Assembly: GCA_947589495.1 (NCBI GenBank)
Contig: CANQAK010000003.1
Coordinates: 218 to 64,217 of the forward strand
Length of the DNA: 64,000 nt
Origin: an uncultured Bacilli bacterium
Lineage (GTDB): Bacteria > Bacillota_I > Bacilli_A > RF39 > UBA660
Direction of reading: 5' to 3'
Positions 45,210 through 55,747 of the stretch are shown one piece after another; position 1 is the stretch's first letter; each line of letters opens with the position of its first letter. The position numbers and the translations under genes are program-made. The notes under the pieces were generated by a model. The model ran no database searches and was not told where the DNA came from. It saw only the letters and a program-made list of their open reading frames with translations.

Positions 45210-47208
45210 TCGCTTTTTTCTCTAACATATCATTAGTGGCTTCATTTATTGCATCTTCAATAGTTTTTAAATTACTATCTATTATACTATAACCAAATTC
45301 AGCCCCATAGTTATAAGGTAATTTTTTTAATTCTTTATTTAACTTATGAATATAATTAATTATTTGTTTTTGGTTATAACCTATTGTATAAATAATAAAT
45401 TCATTACCATCACTTCTTATTAAATCACTATTATCAAGTTGAGTTTTAATAAGAGCATTCGCTGCTGCTTGAATTTGTTTATCTCCCTCACCAACACCAT
45501 ATTGATTATTTATTTCTTTTAATCTATTTAAATCAACAACAATTATAGTTTGAGGATATATTGTATTATTACTCCAAGATTTCATAAAATCACTTAAATA
45601 AGCTCTATTTTTTAAACATGTAAGTTCATCAATAAATCTTATTTTTTCATCTTTTTTAAGTCTTCTTGCTATTCTTATCTTTTTACTATTTTTATAAACA
45701 ACTACTCCAATTACTAATATAGCTACAATACTAATTATAAAATATTTAGCTATATTATTTAAAATATTACCACTCATAATTGTTTCTAAATGACTATTAA
45801 TACCATCATTAATAGTTTTATTACTATCTAAATAATTTATATATTTATTAAGAAGTAAATATAAAGTACTATATTTTTCATTTATTTTAAAAGTATATTT
45901 ACTATTTATAAATGAATTATATTTACTAATATAGTGATTTAATTTACTATTTTGATAATAATTAAATATGTAAGTATCCATTACAATAATAACGTCTTTA
46001 TTATTTAACTTAAATAATTCTTTAGAACTATTATAAGTATTAATTTTAATATCAGGGATACTTTCTAAATATCTATATAAATTACTATTTGCTTCAACAT
46101 ATACTTCTTCACCTTGTAATCCATATATGGAATTAAATACTTTATTATTATCTTTATTAGTTAAAATAGATATACTACTATTTATACCATTTTCTGTACT
46201 TTTATAATCAGATGATATATTATCATTAAAATCAAAATATAAATCAACTTTTCCTTTGTTAATAGCACTAGCTAATTTGTTATTATTTTTATACTTAGTT
46301 ATATCAAAATATACTCCTGAAAATTTACTAAATTCTTGTAAATATTCAGAAATAATTCCTCCATAATTACCACTCATAATGACTTCATATGGAGAATTAT
46401 TTATAAATCCATAGTTATAATTAATACTTAATAAATCATCAACTGAGGCATCGCTTATATTTAAAGTATCTGTAAATATTTTAAACTCTTCTTCTTTAAT
46501 TTTAGCATTAATATTTTCTTCCCATTTAACAAAATATTTACTTAAAATACTACTTAATATATCATCTACCCCATTTAGAGTATATGAGATATTTATATCA
46601 CTAAAATGATAAACAATTTCTAAATTATTAGAAAGAATTTCTGTTAAATATTTCATTCTTGGAACAATTATATAACTATCATTATCTTCTAAACTTTTAA
46701 ATAATTCATCTTTATTATCGAAAGTATTATAAGTTATATTAACTTCTTTTAAATAACTTTTAATAAATTCTAAATCACTTTGTAAAACATTAACTTTAAT
46801 ACCTTCTAAATCAGAATTTACATTAAATATTTTATTTTCTTTACTTAATAAAACATAATGATCTTTATAAAATACATTATTATTTTCTGTAATATCTTTA
46901 GTATAATTTAAATTTATATAATTTGCTTCTGTATCTGGAAGAAATGTTATAACATTTATATTTATACCATATTCTTTAGAAAAATCATTCAAAAAATCAT
47001 AAAATACTCCATGACCATCTTTACTGAAAATATTTTCATCTTTAACAACATAAATATTTTGAACGTTGTTAATATTTCCATTTATCCATGTTCTTTCTTC
47101 ACTTGTAAGTTTATTTTCATCAGAAAGTATTTTATATGTAAATACTCCCCCGACTAAGAGGACAATTAAAACTATTATTATTGGTATTAACCATTTTTTC
47201 TTTTTCAT
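45190..47208 (-). CDS. Membrane protein with a large extracytoplasmic domain and a degenerate GGDEF domain
   Basis: N-terminal TM, ~480-aa external region, second TM, then DELTCLKNRAY...VVDLNRLKEIN...RSDGNEF (canonical RxGGDEF). Confidence 0.7.
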   Translation of the reverse strand: MKKKKWLIPIIIVLIVLLVGGVFTYKILSDENKLTSEERTWINGNINNVQNIYVVKDENIFSKDGHGVFYDFLNDFSKEYGININVITFLPDTEANYINLNYTKDITENNNVFYKDHYVLLSKENKIFNVNSDLEGIKVNVLQSDLEFIKSYLKEVNITYNTFDNKDELFKSLEDNDSYIIVPRMKYLTEILSNNLEIVYHFSDINISYTLNGVDDILSSILSKYFVKWEENINAKIKEEEFKIFTDTLNISDASVDDLLSINYNYGFINNSPYEVIMSGNYGGIISEYLQEFSKFSGVYFDITKYKNNNKLASAINKGKVDLYFDFNDNISSDYKSTENGINSSISILTNKDNNKVFNSIYGLQGEEVYVEANSNLYRYLESIPDIKINTYNSSKELFKLNNKDVIIVMDTYIFNYYQNSKLNHYISKYNSFINSKYTFKINEKYSTLYLLLNKYINYLDSNKTINDGINSHLETIMSGNILNNIAKYFIISIVAILVIGVVVYKNSKKIRIARRLKKDEKIRFIDELTCLKNRAYLSDFMKSWSNNTIYPQTIIVVDLNRLKEINNQYGVGEGDKQIQAAANALIKTQLDNSDLIRSDGNEFIIYTIGYNQKQIINYIHKLNKELKKLPYNYGAEFGYSIIDSNLKTIEDAINEATNDMLEKKASENNEG

Positions 47209-47705
47209 TATTCTTCCGTACTACTTTCATCAGTTGTTATAGTTCTATTATTCCACACTACAGAGTCACTACCATTACAATTTCTGGCTCCCATTAAAGT
47301 AAACCCATTTTCAGTATTAACTGTTCTTATAATAAATTGAAGATCGTATACTTCTAATTCATCTTCATTAAAAAGTGGTACTACTCCTTCCGCTATTTGT
47401 TTGGCATTTTCAATGTCTGTTCCATCCATAAAATCAATATCGATATAAATTATTTTACCTCTTAATCGAAGTGCAGAATCAGATACACTTTCATTAGCAT
47501 CTAAAGTATTTTTAATATCTTCAAATAACTTATCACTTAAAGGAACATTTTTAATGACATCTAGTCTATCACCATAGACATTATTACTTGAACCATAAAA
47601 ATATGTTAATGAAACAATTCCAAATACTGCTAAACAGACTAAAAGAATTATTGCAAGTACTAATAATACTTTATTTTCTGTCCAAACTTTTTTAATCTTA
47701 TTCAT
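47208..47705 (-). CDS. Membrane-anchored hypothetical protein
   Basis: 165 aa with an N-terminal TM. Its stop is directly adjacent to the start of the GGDEF gene. Confidence 0.5.
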   Translation of the reverse strand: MNKIKKVWTENKVLLVLAIILLVCLAVFGIVSLTYFYGSSNNVYGDRLDVIKNVPLSDKLFEDIKNTLDANESVSDSALRLRGKIIYIDIDFMDGTDIENAKQIAEGVVPLFNEDELEVYDLQFIIRTVNTENGFTLMGARNCNGSDSVVWNNRTITTDESSTEE

Positions 47706-47849
47706 AAACTAAACACCTCTTTGGCAATAATATTATACTATATTATAAATTTTATGGCAAACTGTAACTTTTTTTGTATACTTTTGTAAATTTACATTTT
47801 ACATTCTTAATTATTTAATTTATAATAAAATTTATTTGGGGAATAAATT

Positions 47850-48791
47850 ATGATAAATAAAAGAATAATGAAAGAAAGAACAAAATTAGATAAGTATGAA
47901 AATTATTTGAATGATTCTTTAACTACTTTAGAGAAAATTAAAATTTTAAAAGATTTATATATGGAAGTAAAAGAATTTTCACTAAAATGTTGGCTTCAAG
48001 AACCAGAAGCATTAAGTGATTTTTGGATTATTAAATTTAAAATTCTTGATTGTGAAAATTATTTAGCTAATAAGTTAATAACGGATGTTAAACCTCTTCT
48101 AAATTTTAATTTTCCTCAATACCTTACTTTAAATTCTTTAAGTGATGAAGAAATACTTGATTATTTAATTAGTAAAACTAGAAAATATTTAAAAAATATA
48201 TCTTTAAAAGATGAAAAAGAATTTGAAAAATTACCATTAACTAATTTTTGTAAAATGGCTTCAAAAAATATCATGAGACTTTGTAAAAATTATAATATTA
48301 ATGCTAAATTATTAAGAATTAACCCTGGTTTTACTTACAAAGAACAACTTTATGATGGTTCTGGTTATCATTATTTTGTTATTGTTACTTTAAATAACCA
48401 AAAATATTTATTAGATGCTACTTATAATCAATTCTTTTTATTAGAAAGAAGTATTTTATCTCGCTTAGGAGTATTAGAGCTTACAGGTTGTAATCCTGGA
48501 ATATTTATGTATATAAAAGAAGAAAGAAAAAGGATTGCAGAAAAAATATTAAAAGATGGATGGATTAAATTAGAAAGTGATACTTTAAAACATTATTTAG
48601 ATGGTTTTGCACTTTCATTTAGAAATGGCCTATACTATGAAATGACTCATGATTTTTCTTATGAAACTAATTATACAACGCAAAATTATGAAGACTTTTT
48701 AAATGATGAAGATACTCAATTAGCTCATGAAGGAAAATTAGTTTTAGGTTATCAAACAAGACCACTTAAAGAGCCAAAATTAAAATTTTAG
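47850..48791 (+). CDS. Transglutaminase-like (Cys-His-Asp) fold protein, tandem paralog 1
   Basis: Candidate triad NFCKMAS ... GYHYFVIV ... LLDATYNQF. No signal peptide. Confidence 0.45.
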   Translation: MINKRIMKERTKLDKYENYLNDSLTTLEKIKILKDLYMEVKEFSLKCWLQEPEALSDFWIIKFKILDCENYLANKLITDVKPLLNFNFPQYLTLNSLSDEEILDYLISKTRKYLKNISLKDEKEFEKLPLTNFCKMASKNIMRLCKNYNINAKLLRINPGFTYKEQLYDGSGYHYFVIVTLNNQKYLLDATYNQFFLLERSILSRLGVLELTGCNPGIFMYIKEERKRIAEKILKDGWIKLESDTLKHYLDGFALSFRNGLYYEMTHDFSYETNYTTQNYEDFLNDEDTQLAHEGKLVLGYQTRPLKEPKLKF

Positions 48792-48800
48792 GAGGTTTTT

Positions 48801-49754
48801 ATGAAAAGATGGGATTTAATTAATAAATATATGGAAAGTATGGATGACTATTACAATAAAATATTTAAAGAAAAAGATGTTACTAAAAAAATTGAAATCT
48901 TAACAAAATTATATGAATATGTAAGAGAAATTTCTTTAGAATGGTGGGAACAAGATGAAAATATGGCAAGGAATTTCGTTTACATTTTAAGAGAGATATT
49001 TGCTTGTGAAAAAGAATTACCAGATATTTTTATTTTAAATGTTAAACCTAAATATGAAGTTGTAAATTATCCAAAAAATACTAAAAATGATGAAGAAGTT
49101 TTAAATTATATTGTCCATCAAACGAGAATATTTTTACATGCTAAACTTACTTTTGGAACATTTATTGCTGATTTTTCTAATTTAGATTTAGTAAATGAAT
49201 GTGAAAGAAGTTCTAATTTTGTTATTAAAGTGTGTAAACAACTGGGATTAGAAGCTAAAAAAATTAAGATAACTTCTGGTTTTGCACCATATTATCATTT
49301 AGAAGGAGATACTGGTTATCATTATTTTGTTATTGTTAATTTAAATAATAATGAATATTTAATAGATTGTACTTATAACCAATTTTTCTTATTAAAAAGA
49401 TGTTTAATTGAAAGACTTGGAATTATGCATGTACGTAGTACTGCTCCAGGAATTTTTATGATAATTAATGACCAAAGAAAAAAGGTAGCGGAAAAAATAT
49501 TAAAAGATGGATGGATAAAGTTAGATGGAATAGTTCTAAAACATTATTTAGATGGCTTTGCCATCTCACATAGAAATGGTCTTTATTATGAAAAAAATCC
49601 TAATAGTTCATTTGATACATCATATACACCATCTGATTATGAAAATTTTTTAAAAGGAATAGATAACCAAATTAATTATGAAGGAAAAGAAGTTTTAGGC
49701 TTTCAAAAAAAGCCTTTAGAAAATCCAAAATTAATTTTAAAAAAAGAAACGTAA
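48801..49754 (+). CDS. Transglutaminase-like (Cys-His-Asp) fold protein, tandem paralog 2
   Basis: Shares GYHYFVIV, (D/C)TYNQFFLL, AEKILKDGWIKL and KHYLDGFA with paralog 1. Candidate Cys lies in NECERSS. Confidence 0.45.
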   Translation: MKRWDLINKYMESMDDYYNKIFKEKDVTKKIEILTKLYEYVREISLEWWEQDENMARNFVYILREIFACEKELPDIFILNVKPKYEVVNYPKNTKNDEEVLNYIVHQTRIFLHAKLTFGTFIADFSNLDLVNECERSSNFVIKVCKQLGLEAKKIKITSGFAPYYHLEGDTGYHYFVIVNLNNNEYLIDCTYNQFFLLKRCLIERLGIMHVRSTAPGIFMIINDQRKKVAEKILKDGWIKLDGIVLKHYLDGFAISHRNGLYYEKNPNSSFDTSYTPSDYENFLKGIDNQINYEGKEVLGFQKKPLENPKLILKKET

Positions 49755-49775
49755 TGAGAAAAATTCACTACGTTT

Positions 49776-50174
49776 TTAATTGTCATTTTCTGTTCGAAGA
49801 AGTCTAACAAATTTACTAAAAGAATACATAATAAGTCCAAGTACAATAATTACATAAAATGAAGAAAATGTATCACTAAATTTTTCGGGAACAAAATTAT
49901 AAATTAACTCTATTCCTAAAGAATTAGCTTTATCATTTAAAATAAGAAATAAATAAATTATTAATATCCAACCCACAGTTTTACTTATAGTAAGTTTACC
50001 CAGTAAATAAATATTACAAATAGGTATCCATGCTAATGGAGTTTTTTTACCATACATTTTTTGATTAATTTTATTTAAAACTATTGCTAATAAAACATAA
50101 ATAATTATAAAAAAAGCTAAAAAAGTAATAATTACAAAAACTATTAAATTAAGAATTTTTAAATCTTCATTCAT
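49776..50174 (-). CDS. Small multi-TM membrane protein
   Basis: 132 aa with three to four hydrophobic segments. Confidence 0.45.
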   Translation of the reverse strand: MNEDLKILNLIVFVIITFLAFFIIIYVLLAIVLNKINQKMYGKKTPLAWIPICNIYLLGKLTISKTVGWILIIYLFLILNDKANSLGIELIYNFVPEKFSDTFSSFYVIIVLGLIMYSFSKFVRLLRTENDN

Positions 50175-50239
50175 AAGTAACCAACTTTCTATAGAAATTA
50201 TACATGCAAACTGGATGAAAAGTAAATGAAAAAAAGCTA

Positions 50240-51652
50240 CTAATTTGTAACTTTTTCATTTACATATTCACCATCTAAACTAAAACTTTTAGCGTCTGTA
50301 ATTTTAACATTGACTATTTTTCCAATAATAGTTTTAGGTCCTTCAATATTTACTAATTTATAAGTATCAGTATAACCATATAATTTTTCTTTATTTTTTT
50401 CACTTTCTCCTAAAACTAAAACTTCTACAACTTTTCCTAATAATTTTTGATTACTTTTATTTGAATAATAATTAACTAATTTATTTAATTCTTGTAATCT
50501 TTCTTCTTTTTCTTCTTGAGATATAGTATCTTCCATTTTAGCTGCTGGTGTACCTTCTCTTTTAGAAAAAATAAAAGTAAATGCACCATCAAATTCACAA
50601 GTTTTGACTACATCTAAAGTTTCTTCAAAATTTTCTCTAGTTTCATTAGGAAACCCTACTATAATATCAGTAGTAATAGCAATTCCAGGAATTTTTTCTT
50701 TCATTTTATGAAATAATTCTAAATATTCTTTTTTAGTATAACGACGATTCATTCTTTTTAAAATTTCATCACTACCAGATTGAATTGGTAAATGAATATA
50801 AGGCATAATATTTTTATATTTAGCTATTACATTAATCATTTCATCAGTAAAATTCCAAGGATGACTTGTTACAAATCTAATTCTTTCAATATTTGTTTTT
50901 GCAACACATTCTAATAAATGACTAAAAGTTTCACCAATATCTTTACCATAAGCATTAACATTTTGACCAAGAAGTGTTACTTCTTTATAACCTTTATTTT
51001 TTAAATCATTTACTTCTTCAATAATACTTTCTAATTTACGACTTCTTTCTCTACCTCTTGTGTAAGGAACAATACAATATGTACAAAACTTATCACAACC
51101 ATACATAATATTAACCCAAGCAGAAATTTTAGAATCTCTTTCATAATGCATTCCTTCTACTATTTCATCACTATTAGAATAAACTTCAATAACTTGTTTT
51201 TTAAATTCTTGCATTAAAAGTTTAGGAAGTTCATAAATATTATGGGTACCAATTATAATATCTATATATTTATGATTTTTTAAAATATCATCTACAAAAT
51301 CAGGTTGTTCACTCATACAGCCTGCTAAAACAATTTTAAAATCATCTCTATTTTTCTTTAAATATTTACATTTGCCTAAAAAACCAATAACTTTATCACG
51401 AGCATTTTCTCTTATTGCACATGTATTTAAAACAACGACATTGGCTTCTTCAATATTTTCAGTATTTGTAAGTCCTAATGATTCTAAATATGATCTAATC
51501 GCTTCACTATCATGAACATTCATTTGACAACCATAAGTTCTTAAAAAATACTTTTTATCTGCAAATATCTTTTGATAATTTTCTTCTAAATTTATATATT
51601 TATTTTCTTTTTTTATTCTACTTTTAGCAACATTTAGATCTGGTAAATGCAT
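50240..51652 (-). CDS. miaB: tRNA-i6A37 methylthiotransferase MiaB
   Basis: UPF0004 domain (RTYGCQMN), radical SAM CDKFCTYC and a C-terminal TRAM domain. Confidence 0.9.
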   Translation of the reverse strand: MHLPDLNVAKSRIKKENKYINLEENYQKIFADKKYFLRTYGCQMNVHDSEAIRSYLESLGLTNTENIEEANVVVLNTCAIRENARDKVIGFLGKCKYLKKNRDDFKIVLAGCMSEQPDFVDDILKNHKYIDIIIGTHNIYELPKLLMQEFKKQVIEVYSNSDEIVEGMHYERDSKISAWVNIMYGCDKFCTYCIVPYTRGRERSRKLESIIEEVNDLKNKGYKEVTLLGQNVNAYGKDIGETFSHLLECVAKTNIERIRFVTSHPWNFTDEMINVIAKYKNIMPYIHLPIQSGSDEILKRMNRRYTKKEYLELFHKMKEKIPGIAITTDIIVGFPNETRENFEETLDVVKTCEFDGAFTFIFSKREGTPAAKMEDTISQEEKEERLQELNKLVNYYSNKSNQKLLGKVVEVLVLGESEKNKEKLYGYTDTYKLVNIEGPKTIIGKIVNVKITDAKSFSLDGEYVNEKVTN

Positions 51653-51949
51653 ACTCTCACTTCCCTATGTGGTATTTTAACATATAAATTAATATTTTGA
51701 AAGCGGATTTAAGTAGGATAAAGTTAGGGTAGATAAAAGAAATAAAGTAAATAGAAATTTAATTTTTTCCCCAGCTAAGGGATATGTCAATTTTCATTTT
51801 ATAATTTAAAATACTTATAGTACGACCGACCGTACAACATAAAAATACAACCAAAACCCGCTTTCAATTAAGAATATAAAACTTTCATTTTTTATTTTCA
51901 ATACTTTCGACAAAACATGTCAAAACTTCTCAAAATATGACATATACTA

Positions 51950-53080
51950 CTAATTTTTACTAATATATTTTAATCTTTTTCCTAATCTACCAAATAGTTC
52001 AGGAGATATTGTTTTTAATTTAGTAGATAAATATTCTGCTCTTATATATTTTTCTTTACCTATTAAAGTAACAATGTCTCCTTCACATACATTAGGTATA
52101 TCTGTTACATTAATCATTAATTGATCCATACATATTTTACCTACTAATTTAGCATAATGTTTATTTAATAGAAAGACAATATTTTTATTTTCTAAAGATT
52201 TAGGAATACCATCAACATAACCAATGGATACAGAAGCTATTTTTTCTTTTCTTTTAGCTTTATAACATCTTCCATAACCTACTGTTTCTCCTTTTTGAAT
52301 TTCTATAATGCTAGTAACTCTTGCTTTTAGAGTTAAAACTGGTTTTAACTCCAACTTAATCTTATGATAAGTTAAATTATCATTATAATTACCATACATT
52401 AAAATACCTATTCTTACATATTCATATTTATATTCAGAATAATTTAATAATCCATAACTACTTTGTAAGTGTGACTTTAAATGAATATTAACTTTTTCTA
52501 ATTCTTTTAAAACATTATTAAAACGATCTATTTGTAATTTAGTAAATTTTTTATCATTTTTATTATTACTATTAGAAACACATAAGTGAGAATAAATTCC
52601 CAAAATATTTAATTTCTTTTCTAAACATAATTTTTTTATAAAATCAATATTTTGGTAATTTATTCCAATTCTATTCATACCTGTATTAATTTTTAAATGA
52701 ACTTTTATATTTTGAGCATCTTTTAAATCTTTCAACTTTAAAGCATAATCTTCAGATACAACCGTTTGAATTAAATCATACTTAATAATATAGGAAATAT
52801 TTTCTAATTTAGTATATCCTAATATTAAGATATTACCTACAATATTATTCTCTCTTAAAATTATGGCTTCATCTAAAGATGCAACTGCAAAGTCAGTTAT
52901 TCCCATTTCCATTAATTTTTTAGCTATAATAACTAAATCATGTCCATAAGCATTAGCTTTTAAAACAGCCATAATTTTAGTATCTTTAGAAATTATTTTT
53001 TCTATTTCTTTAATATTATGTGATAAATTATTTAAATCTATTTCACACCATGCTCTATTTGTTAAATAATCATAATTCAT
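51950..53080 (-). CDS. vanT: PLP-dependent Ala/Ser racemase, VanT-like but lacking the membrane domain
   Basis: AVLKANAYGHD PLP-lysine motif. Last gene of the van-type cluster. Start ATG at 53080 sits one nt after the vanXY stop and follows GGAGAA. Confidence 0.7.
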   Translation of the reverse strand: MNYDYLTNRAWCEIDLNNLSHNIKEIEKIISKDTKIMAVLKANAYGHDLVIIAKKLMEMGITDFAVASLDEAIILRENNIVGNILILGYTKLENISYIIKYDLIQTVVSEDYALKLKDLKDAQNIKVHLKINTGMNRIGINYQNIDFIKKLCLEKKLNILGIYSHLCVSNSNNKNDKKFTKLQIDRFNNVLKELEKVNIHLKSHLQSSYGLLNYSEYKYEYVRIGILMYGNYNDNLTYHKIKLELKPVLTLKARVTSIIEIQKGETVGYGRCYKAKRKEKIASVSIGYVDGIPKSLENKNIVFLLNKHYAKLVGKICMDQLMINVTDIPNVCEGDIVTLIGKEKYIRAEYLSTKLKTISPELFGRLGKRLKYISKN

Positions 53081-53081
53081 T

Positions 53082-53807
53082 TTATTTCTCCACATTCTTT
53101 TTAGTAATTATAAATCCATCAATATTATTTCCAGATATATTTTCAATATTCTCTAAATTAATAACTAAATTATCTTTATATGGTAAATAATAAATTTCAT
53201 AATTTTTATAATTAATTTTATTATTTTTTAAGTATTCGATATATTCTTCTAAACAAAAATGATATTTATTTATTATTTCACTATGAGGAATTCCTACAAA
53301 TCTAAAATGCCATTCTTCTTCACTTATATTAGTTATACATTCTTTATCTTTAGTATATCTTTCAATAAAGCCATACTTTACTGCTAACTTTCTAAAATCA
53401 TTACAAACTCCTTCATGAGGAAAGCTTGGTCTAATAAAATCAATAACATCTTTTTTTATCCCTAAATCAATCGCAAGAGATGCTTCATGTTCACTAGAGC
53501 AAGGCTTTGCTACAAACTTTTTTGTAAAAAGTATGCCATTTTCTTTAATTGAATCTTCATAAATTTTCTTTTGTTCTTCGTTAGTTCTAAAACCACTTAC
53601 GGGAATTATTTTATCTTGTGCTTTTATTTCATTTAAAATAAATTGTAAATATTTATTAGCGTTTTTATCTAAAAGAATATTGGGATATTTTTCATTATAT
53701 TCTTCTAAAGAATCTTTATTTATTTTTTTCTTTAATTTATGTTCTTTATTTATAAGTATTAGATTTCCTTTATATATATCTTCTTTTAATAATTTTATTT
53801 TATTCAT
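53082..53807 (-). CDS. vanXY: D,D-dipeptidase/carboxypeptidase of the VanXY / VanY (M15) type
   Basis: Zn-site motifs SEHEASLAIDL and EEWHFRF, plus the SGFRTNEEQ motif. Sits between the ligase and the racemase. Confidence 0.75.
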   Translation of the reverse strand: MNKIKLLKEDIYKGNLILINKEHKLKKKINKDSLEEYNEKYPNILLDKNANKYLQFILNEIKAQDKIIPVSGFRTNEEQKKIYEDSIKENGILFTKKFVAKPCSSEHEASLAIDLGIKKDVIDFIRPSFPHEGVCNDFRKLAVKYGFIERYTKDKECITNISEEEWHFRFVGIPHSEIINKYHFCLEEYIEYLKNNKINYKNYEIYYLPYKDNLVINLENIENISGNNIDGFIITKKNVEK

Positions 53808-54843
53808 TATCTAAGGCCATTTTTATTAATTTTTCAATAATATCTTTAAAATTATAACCAATATAATTAAGCATTAAAGGAAATCTACTGTGGGTTGTAA
53901 ACCCTGGTATAGTATTTATTTCATTAAATACTATTTCTTTATCTATTGTATAAAACATATCTACTCGAGCATAATCTTTACAATCTAAGATTTGATATAA
54001 CTTTTTAGCAACACATTTTATTTTTTCTCTTTCTTCTTTATTTAAAGTTGCTGGTATAATACTACTACTGGTGGCTTTTTTGTACTTTTTATCATAGTCA
54101 AAAAAGCCTTTATCCAAAGATATTTCATCTACTTCTGATACTATTAAATCTTTATTTCCTATAATAGCACATCCTACTTCAAAACCTTTTATCTCTTCTT
54201 CAATAACAATTTTATCATCATACTTAAATGCTTCTTTTAAACATTTATCTAAATCATCTAAATTAGTTAATTTATTTATTCCAAAGGAAGAACCTGCTCT
54301 TAAAGGTTTTATAAATACTGGTAATTTTAAAATACTTATGGATTTTTTTATATCTTCTTTAGAACTTTCTTTATTAAATAGAAAAGAATTAGGAACTTTT
54401 ATATTATTTAATTTTGCTATTTCATGAGCCATATATTTATTCATACATAAAGCAGATGATAATAAAGAAGAACCAACATATGGAATACCAGCAAGGCATA
54501 GTAAACCTTGAAGTGTTCCATCTTCACCATTTTTGCCGTGTATTAAACTAAAGACTAAATCAATTTTAACTAACTCATTAGTTTTTAATTTAATAAAGCC
54601 ATGATCTTTTTTATTAACAGATATAGTAATACTTTCAGTATTACCATTACTCCAAGTATCATTTAAAATATTTTCTATTTTTCCATTATATAGTAAAAAA
54701 TTACCAAGTTTAGTTACACCGATTAAATAAACATCATATTTATTATTATCAATATTTTGAATTACGGAACTAGCAGATTTTAAAGATACTTCATATTCAC
54801 TAGATTCTCCTCCAAAAATAACTGCTAATTTTATTTTTTTCAT
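53800..54843 (-). CDS. vanG: Van-type D-alanine--D-serine(-like) ligase
   Basis: Recalled VanG/VanC-type blocks: AVIFGG.S.EYEVSL, HGKNGEDGTLQG, GFEVGCA, GFFDY..KY and NTIPGFT.HSRFP. The operon context is vanG-like. Confidence 0.75.
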   Translation of the reverse strand: MKKIKLAVIFGGESSEYEVSLKSASSVIQNIDNNKYDVYLIGVTKLGNFLLYNGKIENILNDTWSNGNTESITISVNKKDHGFIKLKTNELVKIDLVFSLIHGKNGEDGTLQGLLCLAGIPYVGSSLLSSALCMNKYMAHEIAKLNNIKVPNSFLFNKESSKEDIKKSISILKLPVFIKPLRAGSSFGINKLTNLDDLDKCLKEAFKYDDKIVIEEEIKGFEVGCAIIGNKDLIVSEVDEISLDKGFFDYDKKYKKATSSSIIPATLNKEEREKIKCVAKKLYQILDCKDYARVDMFYTIDKEIVFNEINTIPGFTTHSRFPLMLNYIGYNFKDIIEKLIKMALDNE

Positions 54844-54844
54844 C

Positions 54845-55663
54845 TTACAACTCCTCATCTATAATATCTTCCTTTACTTTATAAGTTACTTCTTTTTCTT
54901 CTTCATATAATTTTTTTCTAAGTAAAACTTTATTATTATTTTTATTTCTTAATTCTTTTACAACATCAAGTTTTTCATAAACTTTATTATTCTTTTTGAT
55001 ATATTTTAAATTTTCATTAATAATACGTGCTTCAATAAAACTATCATGGTTAGAAAATATTTTAATAATCATATCTTTATTATTAAAAGTAATATTTATT
55101 TGATATGTATAATTAGTATCATTTTTAACTTTTAAATCTAACCATCCACTATTAATGGTGGCGTCAATTCCTTCTAAATCATTTTCACTAGCATTAGGTA
55201 AGGACTTAACATGATGAGCATGTCTTTCAATAACTTTTAATGGGGTAAGTAAAAAGGCATAGTATAAAAGATTACTGAGTCCACATATGCCGCCACCTTT
55301 CATGGGAATAATTTTATCGTTTACTAAAACTAATCCTTTTTTATATTTTCCATATTTTTTATGTTTTCTTTGTAAATTGCAAAAAGAAAAAACTTCATTG
55401 GGAAAAATTAATAAATTATTCATGGTTTGAGCAGTTATTTTTATATTATCGACTTTATTATATTGATATTTTATATCATAACCACTAAATTCATTTATTA
55501 ATGGGCATTTTACTTCACAAATTTTATAAGGTAATAATTCATTATCTATAACATTTGCATAAGTATTTTTATCAAATTTCATTTTTAAAAAATAAAAACA
55601 TTCTCTTTGCCATTTTCTTATGGGAATTAAAAAAGGAAATATTTGTGTTAATCTTTTTCGCAT
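54845..55663 (-). CDS. vanW: VanW family protein
   Basis: The GGGICGLSNLLYYAFLLTP...ERHAHH pattern is typical of VanW domains. Confidence 0.8.
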   Translation of the reverse strand: MRKRLTQIFPFLIPIRKWQRECFYFLKMKFDKNTYANVIDNELLPYKICEVKCPLINEFSGYDIKYQYNKVDNIKITAQTMNNLLIFPNEVFSFCNLQRKHKKYGKYKKGLVLVNDKIIPMKGGGICGLSNLLYYAFLLTPLKVIERHAHHVKSLPNASENDLEGIDATINSGWLDLKVKNDTNYTYQINITFNNKDMIIKIFSNHDSFIEARIINENLKYIKKNNKVYEKLDVVKELRNKNNNKVLLRKKLYEEEKEVTYKVKEDIIDEEL

Positions 55664-55747
55664 TCTAAATCACCTCACAAAAAAACAATCATTAAATTAA
55701 CACAAAAAAATTGTACTAATTTTTAAATGATTGTTTTTTAATTTTAT

